In this document: positions 53,610-64,000 of the stretch, one piece after another
How positions within the stretch are numbered: the first letter of the stretch is position 1
Layout of the letters: each line of letters begins with the position of its first letter
NCBI GenBank assembly: GCA_021613535.1
Contig: CP075495.1
Coordinates: 7,440,001-7,504,000 of the forward strand
Source: Adineta vaga
Lineage: Eukaryota; Animalia; Rotifera
Direction of reading: 5' to 3'
Length of the DNA: 64,000 nt
Translations under genes and position numbers: made by a program
Notes under the pieces: generated by a model
Databases searched by the model: none
What the model was told of the DNA's origin: nothing
What the model saw: the letters and a program-made list of their open reading frames with translations, nothing else

Positions 53610-54479
53610 ATGGATAAAATGAATTCTTTTTCACTAACGTCTTTCGATGGCCTTTTTCTTGCTGGATTTCATCGACCATCAAAATATCCGAAATATCCAC
53701 GTGCGTTGTTAATAGTTATCCATGGTCTTGCTGAGCATAGTGGTAGATATGAACATTTATTTGAATTTTTTCATGATACAAATTTTGCTATTGTTTCCAT
53801 GGATCTTCGTGGTCATGGACAAAGTGCTGGAAAACATGGATATATACCAACAGCTGAAGCTGTCTTTCAAGATTTAGATCTTCTTTTGAAAGAAGCAAGA
53901 AATCTATATCCTTTATGTCGAATGATACTCTATGGACATTCCATGGGTGGTACAATAGTATTATCATATACACTCGCTCGTTTTCCAAATAAAGCAGATA
54001 CATGTCCATATGAAGCAGTAGTAGTTACAGGCCCATGGATTCGTTTAGCTGGTATACTTCAACCACCACGTCCTGTTTTTCGAATAATTCGAACAGTATG
54101 TCGACTTCATCCTTCACTTAATGTTCGACTTCGATTTGATCCACATCGAATTACTCGTGACGAAGACATTATAAATGCCTATGGACAAGATGAGCATATA
54201 CGTCGATCAACAACACTATCGCTTGCACGTAGTATAGGCGGTGAGGCAGCAAAACTTGATCGAAAGAAATGTATATTTCATATACCAATTTTAATTGAAC
54301 ATGGTATGGCTGATTCAATTACTAGTCATAATGCTAGTTTGAGATTTTCACAACGAGGAGAAAGTATTGACTTTAAAAGTTGGCCAAATTGCTATCATGA
54401 ATTACATAGTGAGCCAGAAAGAGAGGAAATCTTTAATTTTACATTCGAATGGATACGAGAAAAATTATCTTTACCCTAA
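53610..54479 (+). CDS. Alpha/beta-hydrolase (PldB/monoacylglycerol lipase, Hydrolase_4); coding region intronless
   Basis: HGLAEHSGRY, DLRGHGQS, nucleophile GHSMGG, HGMADSIT (Asp) and YHELHSE (His). First ATG at 53610. Confidence 0.93.
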   Translation: MDKMNSFSLTSFDGLFLAGFHRPSKYPKYPRALLIVIHGLAEHSGRYEHLFEFFHDTNFAIVSMDLRGHGQSAGKHGYIPTAEAVFQDLDLLLKEARNLYPLCRMILYGHSMGGTIVLSYTLARFPNKADTCPYEAVVVTGPWIRLAGILQPPRPVFRIIRTVCRLHPSLNVRLRFDPHRITRDEDIINAYGQDEHIRRSTTLSLARSIGGEAAKLDRKKCIFHIPILIEHGMADSITSHNASLRFSQRGESIDFKSWPNCYHELHSEPEREEIFNFTFEWIREKLSLP

Positions 54480-54625
54480 TTTGTTCTTTCTTCTTTCCTT
54501 CTAATGAGGTTATTAAGAAACAAAAATGCATTGTTTTTATATGCTCATTTATTAAATAATGTTTTCTTATTTTTTATTTCTTTTTAAGATATATTCACTT
54601 TTCTCTTTATCAATTTATTCTTATC

Positions 54626-56666
54626 ATGAGTGGGGAAACTATACCACAATCGGAACCATTACGAGCAGATCAAGTACAAAACAATGCCGGTAAGAATGGA
54701 TTGAATGATAAATTTATATAATTGATTCTTTTTGTTTTGTTTTCTAGGAGGTTTTGTCTGGACAGTTGATGATATGCAACGTCTTCGACGTTTTCTATGT
54801 TTGGGTAGTGAAGGTGGTACTTACTATCAAGGAGAAAAAGAACTTGGCATTGAAAATGCTCAAGCTATCTTAAAACTCATAGAAACTGGTCGAGGAACAG
54901 AAGTTGTTGATACAATCAAAACTTATTCAATTGAAGGACGTACTTCCAAACAAAATCCGATCATGTTTGCTTTGGCTCTTTGTGCAAAATCATCTGACTT
55001 AGCAACGAAACAAGCTGCTTATGGCTCTTTGTCCGAAATTTGTCGTATCCCAACTCATTTATTCATGTAAGTTCTACTTATTTTTTCTTTTTGTATTGAA
55101 ATAATTAATTCATTTGTTTTATTATTATTATTTAGGTTTATTAAATATGCTCGTGCTCTCGGTCAAAAATGGGGTCGAGCTCAACGTCGAGCTGTAGCAA
55201 AGTGGTATACTGAACAAAGTCCTAGTAAATTAGCTATGGCCGTTACAAAATATCAAAATCGTGAAGGTTATACCCATCGAGATGTACTTCGTTTATCACA
55301 TCCAAGCACAAAAGATCCCTTACTTTGCTTTTTATTTGATTACATCACACATGGCTTACAAAAAGCTACTGAAAATCTAAATAAACCCAAGGAAACAACC
55401 AGTGAAAATCAAACCATAGATAATAATCAAGAACAACAGTCATCATCACAAATACATGCAAGTAATACGGTTGATGAAGAGGAAGAAGGAAATACTAAAA
55501 AACTAGCCACTATTGAACAGTTAAAAGAATTCTTGGAAACAGTTGAAAAGGCTAAAACATCAACAAATGATGATGAACTCATTGCTGCTATTAGACAACA
55601 TAATCTTGTTCGAGAACATATGCCAACAAGTATGCTGAAATCAACAGCCCTTTGGGGTGTGTTATTAGAGAAGATGCCATTGACCGCAATGATTCGTAAT
55701 CTTGGTGAGTTGCAATAAGAAATTTTTTCAAATTGAAATCTTATTCTAACTATTCTTGTTTGTTGTTCCTTGTAGGTAAAATGTCAGAAATTAATCTATT
55801 AACAGAGAATAGTGATGCAGAAAAACTTATCGTTCAACGCTTAAAAAATCGTGAACAATTACAACGAGCACGTGTTCATCCATTCAGTATCCTTGTTGCA
55901 TTAGGAACGTATAAACAAGGTCATGGTTTCAAAGGAAAATTGAAATGGGATGTCAGTGAAAATATTAAAAAAGCTTTGGAAGAAGCTTTTTATCTTTCCT
56001 TTAAATTCGTTAAACCTACTAATCTACGTTATTTACTTGCACTTGATGTTAGTGGTAGTATGTCATGTGGAACAATCAATGGTTCACCATCTATTACACC
56101 AGCAGAAGGTTCATGTGCCATGTGTATGGTTACACTTCGAACAGAACAACATGCCAAAGTAAGTCTCTCAAAACTAGACAAATATTAGTATTTAAATGAT
56201 TTTTTTTCTAGGTTGTCGCTTTTTCTCATGAACTTATTCCAGTTGAAATTACAAAAGATGATACACTTGAAAAAGTCATGGCAACTACACGAGCTATCTC
56301 GATGGGAGGAACGGATTGTGCATTACCAATGTTATATGCTCTCGAACACAAAGGTATGTTCATTGATTTTCTCATCTTCGAAACTTATATTCATATTCAC
56401 ATTTTACGTTTTTCCTTATAGAAAAATTCGACGTGTTCGTTGTTTATACTGATAATGAAACATGGTTCGGTAAAACACATCCAACAGAAGCTTTACAAAA
56501 ATATCGTAAAGAAATGAATTGTCCAAATGCAAAATTAATTGTTGTTGGTATGCAATCCAATAGTTTCACTATTGCTGATCCAAATGATAAAGGCATGCTT
56601 GATGTTGTTGGTTTTGATTCAGCTGCACCACAAGTTATGTCCTTATTTGCCGAAGGACAGATATAA
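54626..56666 (+). CDS. RO60: RNA-binding protein Ro60 (TROVE + vWA), 6 exons
   Basis: [91 protein letters not shown] and YTDNET. Confidence 0.97.
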
Positions 56667-57380
56667 ATCATCCGCGAGAAACAAAACACTCTGCTCTTTT
56701 TTTTATTAGCGTCCATATTCTTAATCAAACACGATTTTCTTTTTGATTATGTAACTCTGTTTTCTTTCGTTTTCGATTTCTCTTATTATTCTGTTGCAGT
56801 GCTGTTTTGTTATTCTTTGAGCTTATCATCCCAAAATATTTGTTGAAAATACAACCAGGTGCATATGTAAACCATATATAATATCAGATATTTCTTAATA
56901 AAGCCGATATTTAATTGAACACCAGACATATGATTTATTCTTTTGACAATAATAGAAATTATAATAATGAATGATAGCACAGTTGTTGACATACTCCTTT
57001 TCTATAGTTGATAACGACAACTGTATCGACTATAACTCATATATTCTGTTTTTTTATGATTACAAATAGAACATAGTGATCAGACTAATCATTTCAAGAA
57101 TTTTCGAATGACATTACTGTTGTTCTATGAACTTAATCAGATCTACCAAGTGAGAAAACAACCTTAGGGAAAATTTTAACAATATCACAAATCAATGATT
57201 CTTCTACTGATGATGATGATGATGATGAAGTAGAAACTTCCGTTCGAAGTAGATAAGAGAAGAAAAAACTAATGGATTGTCACTTACTGAAAACAAGATA
57301 TCAGAAAAGAAAGAAAGAAAAAAATCTAACGCGATATACAGGCACACTTCGTCAGTTGATTTGTGTGTAAATGAGAATCT

Positions 57381-57392
57381 ACTGACGTCAGT
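57381..57392. promoter_or_regulatory. Palindromic CRE (ATF/CREB) site
   Basis: ACTGACGTCAGT is a 12-bp perfect palindrome containing TGACGTCA, with a half-site CGTCA at ~57350. It lies upstream of the gene at 58639. Confidence 0.45.
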
Positions 57393-57451
57393 TGTTACGT
57401 TTATTCAAACTCGAAGTAATTACTAGAAGGCACTTGTTTTCATCAACAACA

Positions 57452-57494
57452 ATGTTGTTGTTGTTGTTGCTGTTGCTGTTGCTGTTGCTGTTGT
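57452..57494. repeat. Compound (TGT)n/(GCTGTT)n microsatellite
   Basis: tgttgttgttgttgttgctgttgctgttgctgttgctgttg. Confidence 0.85.
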
Positions 57495-58638
57495 CATTAT
57501 TTTTTCTCTAGCAAATCTTGTCTGATTATATTTGTCTGTTAGATATATCTTACATTTCAAATACACATTGTAGTAGCGAAAGATAGCTACTCTAGTATTT
57601 TTTTGTTGCTGTTATTCTTCTTCTTCTTTGTTATAAAAGAAGAGCATTGTTATTTCTCATTTGCTTTTCATGTAAAACTTCAATGTGATTCAATACATTT
57701 GTTTTAATTTAAATGAAAAGCAAGATTTAAACTTTCTTTATTATTAGTCTTCTTCTTCTTCTTATTATTATTATTATTATTTTAATGAAGTAAGTAAATC
57801 GATAACGAGCAATTTGTAACAGATGTTTCTTATTTTCATATAAACTATATTACGAGAAGCAAACACCATTCAAATGATGATAGATGACTAATCACAGCAG
57901 GAGAACTTAATAAGTCCTTTCGTTTAAGTACATACATGCTGATAAAAATGAGTTATTAATAATTCCACCTCGAATCAATCTTCGAATGTTTATTTAGTCA
58001 TTGTTTTGTACAAACTAATATATCTAATAGTATCCTTATGTGTTTTTTTTAATTGCAGCTTCGTTTAACTTAGTCAAAGAATACCTATGAACTCATATAG
58101 AAGTATATTATTGCTAACTATTCTACACATAGGCATTTATGTTTATATATCTATCAACAAACTTCTATATTACTAATGACATTTGGTACTATTGATTGCA
58201 TGTTGTTTCTCTTACATTAATTTCTCAATACTTCTAAATGACATGACTTGAAAGATCTTATTAAAGAACTATATATCCAAAGACATACGCTTGATGAAAA
58301 TAGACTCATTTGTATGTATTCTCGCATCAAGTATCTATAGGCAACTAGTTGGAAAAGAACTATCAAACATCATCAGTAAACTCGTCATCATCATATGCAA
58401 TATCATTCTTGGTTAAGGACAAGACGAGTAAATCTGATGAAGAACATACGCATGTTTAGACCTAGACAAGATGTGTCTATATAGTAGGCATCATTAGAAA
58501 CACTTTTCCTATGATTTTCTTCGAAAGTATAGGAAAAAAAATGGGAGGAGGAAAAGGAAAGAATCGATGACAGAAAAATTCATTCTAATTATGTTTTTGT
58601 TTGATTAATATTTTTTTCTTCTTTATTTCAGTAAGATA

Positions 58639-61600
58639 ATGACCACACCGAATGAATTTCTTCAATTTGCAAAAGAAATGGGCGTTGGAAGAATTCAATC
58701 GACTCCAATACAATCATTATTAACTAATAATAATCAATCAACAGCATCAACAGGTCTATGTGTATTAAATAATTTATGTTATTTAATAGAACAAATTCAT
58801 CGTTTAAAAGCCGAAAATGATCGTCTTCGTGCCCATCTTGAATTAGATGAACAAATCAATAAATTTCGACAACGCTTTATATCAAAAGATAATTTCGAAG
58901 AAAAACAAATAATTCTTCCTTCAACAAATATTTCTAATGACGAAAAATCAAAAACATTATCACCAACAAATTCATTAAAACGTAAACAAATAAAATTAAT
59001 TCAGGAACTAAAAAGTAAGTTTGATTGTTCTCTATGACTATTTCAATCGAAGCAAAAGGAAATTACTAATAACTGTTCATTTTATCTTGACAACTGTCAA
59101 ATTTTTGACATACTTTTTATCTTTTACAAAAGGTATTCATTATAACAATCATCAAGAAGATTCTCCTCCTCCTCCTCCTCCTTCTTCAATACTTCCAACT
59201 GATCATGATCAATCGGAATTGATCGAGAATAACTCAGGTCTATTGAAATAACTATCTTTAATTATTTTGAAAGTTGTCATATATCTTTACTTTTAAATTT
59301 GTTCGATAACAGCATCACCATGGAATAAAGTTCGACATGCTTTTCGGTTTTCTCTTCGACGAAAACATGATAATACGACAAGTCCTCCTTTATCACGTCT
59401 TGATCGACAAATACCAACAATAAATATATCCATAGAAAGTGATGATGATCCTTCAAAAGATCATAAACGTTTAAAGAAGAAGAAAAAGAGAATTACTACA
59501 ACTAATGATAATCAAGCAGCATTTATCGGCGAAGACAGTGATCAAGATGATGAATCAACACAAGTTGTTCGAGCATATCATAGACGAAGACTCTATGGTA
59601 ATGATACAGCAACATCATCGAGTACTGAACGGCATGAAGCATCATCAATTACCTTACGTTCTAATACGTCGAACGTCGATGATGAAACTTTATTAACTCG
59701 TAAACAATCAAAGATAGGTATATAAGTGCAAATAGATTTTCACAATATGATTAAAGAAAAACAAATGTAGTATACTTACGTCTTCTTCTATTCGATTGAG
59801 GGTGGATCTATTTGTAATAAGAGACTCAAGGAGTACATACGACTTCAGTTTCATGATTATCACTGAAACTGATCTTATCCATAGACCCATTATTTAAATT
59901 AAAAACCATCTCTTTATTTCGAGTCTAATATCCGCTTTACATAACCTATTGTCAGTTAAGCGATTATCAAGATAAACAGAAAATGAATATATAACATATG
60001 GAATATTCTTCACATGTTAATTATTTAAACCGATGTATATGTATGTTATGATAGAAAGCTAAAAGCTTTCTTTCTATGTAAGCTGTATTGATACTTTCGG
60101 TTTTAGCTCGTTATAGACGAAAAATTCGTTCCAAACTTGATACAGTTCGACGACAATTTAGTGATCAAAGTTCATCAACATCGATACGCTTCTTTCATAA
60201 TTCACATGGTACAACTTTAGATGAAATTGGTACAGTTTTGATAAACTTTTCCTCTGTATTTCTTGATGTTTTCCCCTTATGTTACTTATTTGTGTAGGTT
60301 CCGGATTGAATCATACATTATTAACAGCACAGTTGGCACCAGCTTTAACAAAATCTTATCAACAAAAAATGCGTGAGTGGGAATTAATGCAAAAAAGTAA
60401 TTTTCTCGGTTAGTAATCAATTTTATAGTATTCAATTTTTTTCCATAAATTAAATATCTTTATAGTAAGTTATCGTCGACAATCAATCGTACCAAAACCT
60501 GATGTAAACAGTAATTCTCGAAAACCATCATTAGTTCCTTTGGTAAATGCAACATGTACAGATGACATAATTTCTTCCGTAACTACGGATCTTCATTCTT
60601 TACTAATCGAAGAATCCGATCTTGAACTTCAACCTAGTTTAATTACATTAGGACCTATTCTTTCACCTAATCAACGATCTCTAATCGTTCATCAATGGCG
60701 TGAAATAATGTCAGAAGAAATTGCACTTCGATATTGTCAGGAATATTTACAGAAAAAAACAGTTCTATTAAAAGAATTAGAAACAAATTTAAAAATTCTA
60801 AAAACCAGTATATTTTGTACGAATATTTCCAATAAATCGCAGTCGATGATTAATATTTGCAAAGATCCTTCTAAAGAAACGTTGTCATATTTACCTCAAC
60901 GTTGTCGTTCGTTGCAAACATTAATATCAATGCCTGCATCATGGATATTAGCTGTTCAAAGTGCAGCGTATTCTGATGTTCTCGATGGCACCTCAATGAA
61001 AACAACTGAACGTGCGATTTTATTCAATAAACATTTCTTTGATCAATTAGAACGATTTAAACGAAATCGACAAAAATTTGAACAAGATTCAATCAAACAT
61101 TCATCTCTTTCGAATCTTTTGAAGTAAGTTAAAGCGCACATATCAAAGGTTTATTTGTTAAATTCTGAAAATCCTATAGCTTTTTGCATCAAGAAAAGTA
61201 TTGTGTTTGATGATTATTGTTTCATGAAATAAGAAAATGAAGAAGTGAGAGTGTAGGTCTAAATCTTGCGTGTGAATCATATACTTATTTTATATTTATC
61301 CACACACACCCTCACCTTTATACCTAAACACATATATTTATTTCGAAAAATCATTATACTCGATTAGAACTAGTTGTTTTTTTTAACTTTATATATATAT
61401 ATATTTATACTGAATTTTAAAATAATTCTTTTTAGACCTCAACAAAATTCATGTACAGGTCAAGATCGAACTCACCATAGTCGATTACTTCCACAACGTG
61501 GTTATTTACGAAAATTATCATTAATAGAATCTTCTGAGTTTCCTCAACATTTTCTACCTTATCCAATAATTCCTTTACAAACGACTATTTCACAAATGCC

Positions 61601-62280
61601 AATCGTCAATTGATACTGAACATCTTTCAGCTATAAAAGTCGATGATATCACTTCGAATTTGAATGATGAAACGCCATCTTCTATAGCTAGTAATCCTAG
61701 GAAACGCTCGAAACGTTTACGTTTTGATTTCAAGGAAACATTTGATCGAAGTAGAAGTCTATGTATTGCTCAGATTAATGCGTGGCTTCAACGTCGCCGA
61801 CAGATACATGCCTTTACACATCGACGAAAATCAGCGACAGACACGAAACTATCAACACCATGTTCGACTCCAAAACTATTTGGTTCACCTCGATTAGCTC
61901 GTCTTCATCAAAGAATATTCAAACAACAAGCAACAGCATTATCACGGCCATTATTGAATCAAACTTCAATTCCAATACAATTTGTTGATGATTCAGATAA
62001 CCAATCTCTATGTGAACTTCCTGTTCGTATTTATTTTCCACCACTATCGGCTCCTGTCGTGCGTCGTGTGCGTGTAGCTGATATTAGTACAACCATAAAC
62101 AGTAATGATGATGACGATGAAGGTATGGAATTCAAACAAACAGCATCACCAATTATCGATCGAAAGCATCCATCTCTATCATCAACTCAATCTTCATCGT
62201 CCCTTAAAATGACAACTGCTAAAGAACGACGAGAAAGTTATGCAACACTATCAACTATTTTTAATAAGAGATATTTATAA
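58639..62280 (+). CDS. Uncharacterised multi-exon protein with coiled coils and long low-complexity regions
   Basis: Chain of + strand ORFs bounded by GT-AG sites. Coiled-coil segments LIEQIHRLKAENDRLRAHL, YQQKMREWE and LLKELETNLKIL. No family recognised. Confidence 0.7.
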
Positions 62281-64000
62281 ACAACTTGGAAGCTGAGATG
62301 TTTTTGCTTTTTCGTTTGCATTAATAAAAACTTTGACTTGTGCTCTATTTGTAATCATGATGAAAAAAGACTCCGTGACTTTCCCTTCAGAGACATTTGC
62401 AAAATCATGATGCGCCACGAGTATTAAGAACAATGATTCATATGATCATCGATGAGAATGTCACAACGGACTCGATAGTAACTGTCTTCTTCCTTTCACC
62501 TCCTCATACACACTCTTGTATAATAAACAAAAAGAAACATTGTACTGTTTATCCTTATACATTAAAATCTGTTGAGAATAGACAGGCATTGTCTATTAGT
62601 TTTTTTTTATAAACACGCGATGATATTGATTGATTTTTCATTCTTCAAGCAACATGATTCTTTTTCTTATACTCCCTGGAAAAACTCGGAATCATGTGTG
62701 AAAATTGCATTCAAGCATGTTTAATTTAGACATTAATTTTGATTTATAATAAGAACGGCGTCGAGTACACAGGAAGAAAAACAAACAAAAAGTTACGAGA
62801 TTATGGGTTAAATGTACTAAACTAGAGTCGAAATTTGGATAGAACAGTCTGTTTTTATTACCATTGTCAAATAAATGGACGGAAATGACGATTTTCCTTG
62901 CGAAAGTAATATTGAGTAGAATAAATTGCTGAGAACTGAAGGCGAAGTTCAAAATAGTACTCTGTTCCTTTTTTCTTTGATAACATATCGTCATATGTTC
63001 CATTGATTCAAGTAAATCCTTCAAAAGATGTCGATATAAATTTTTAGTTATATAGCATGTTTCAGAAAAGCACTTTCTCGATACAGTGTAGTACCGACAT
63101 AGGTCGTCATGTTCTTCAAGTAGAAAATCTCTTTTCTCAATTCATTTATCACCTTTACGGCTAACACTTGTATTCCCATGTGAATTCCATGATAATTGTA
63201 ACGAGATTCGGAATAGCACATGAAATTAGAATAGACTTATATGTAAATCCAATTTATGGAAAAAAAGAATAGTTTTCTCATAAATTTTTTAAGACATTAT
63301 TATTTATAACTAATCCAATCAAAACATAGATCACGCATTCATGCATTAGACTGATACATGGCAATAATGTTATTAAGTAAAGAATACGTCTTTTCGTTCT
63401 TTGCGTCGTTGATTTATTAAAAAGACGTAATATATCTACTATTTGATCAGGTTATTCTATATAAAAATATACAGAATGATGAGAAAATCGAGACTGTTTC
63501 ATCAATTTTCTTTTGTTTTTAGTAAGATCATTGATGTATAAAAGATAATCGGAAATTTGAAAGTCTACTCCAATCAACAAGAATTCATCTCAGTTAGGAA
63601 GACCACCCTGAAAGAATCATTACAGTTTAGTTTGATTTCTTTTCAGAAAAACAAAGAACAGCTTGAAGTATTTGGCATAATAATTATATCGAAATCAAAC
63701 GTCGTAGATGTATCACGTACTTTTTTACCTAAGATTTCTTATGAATGAGAATTACTTTTTATAGAAGTTTGTTCAAAATAACTTTCAGAAACTTTCCAAA
63801 TGAGACTCTGATAATTGATAGTTCTCTTACAAATACTGAAAAATGAGTCAAATCAAAATGAACTAATGATGGATGGTAATTCTTATTTATGTTTTTTACG
63901 AATATGACACGCATCTTTATCATGCTTCTTTTGTCAATATTTCTCCTACGCATAAAAATAAGAAATCCATATTTGAGAAAGAGAGCGATGGTACTCATAT

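Noticed and set aside
57200-57240. Hammerhead ribozyme (CTGATGA...GAAA)
   Set aside because: It is a (GAT)n microsatellite with no stem II pairing. Other CTGATGA hits also lack the required stems.
52200-58600. Y RNA gene near Ro60
   Set aside because: No GGCUGGUCCGA...UUGACUAGCC-like stem followed by a T-run terminator was seen. A covariance-model search would be needed to exclude divergent forms.
62680-64000. Short ORFs and a TACAGTG TIR-like start at ~63082
   Set aside because: No domain, matching TIR or TSD is visible within the window.

Overview
AT-rich eukaryotic genomic DNA with many ~55-nt GT-AG introns. This style, plus the mix of metazoan and bacterial/fungal-type genes, suggests a bdelloid rotifer; that is an inference, not a demonstrated result. 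Gene order: LIG3 (-), a decayed 5'-truncated LINE joined to the 3' end of an E93/LCoR-like pipsqueak gene (-), ALDH6A1 (+), a zone of transposon relics, NUPR1/p8 (-), a cyclic-nucleotide-binding protein (+), a Gfo/Idh/MocA oxidoreductase and an inositol 5-phosphatase only 35 nt apart (-), an intronless MDR7-type dehydrogenase (+), a disrupted RUN-domain gene, an RRM gene whose first intron holds an intact hAT transposon (20-bp TIRs, 8-bp TSD), EXOC2/Sec5 with a nested antisense membrane-protein ORF, an SLC38A10-like transporter, a CD225/dispanin gene, two tandem GH38 alpha-mannosidases with patchy near-identity, JTB and PABPN1 head-to-head, an intronless alpha/beta-hydrolase 146 nt before Ro60, and a large uncharacterised gene. 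Most notable are (i) operon-like gene pairs with unpaired splice acceptors that link candidate foreign genes to native ones, (ii) apparent gene-conversion tracts between the mannosidases, (iii) the E93-like gene with a shortened HTH and a LINE at its 3' end, (iv) the nested orphan ORF, and (v) an A-rich element after PABPN1. Exon boundaries and family calls were read by eye without database searches. Several frameshifts may be assembly errors.
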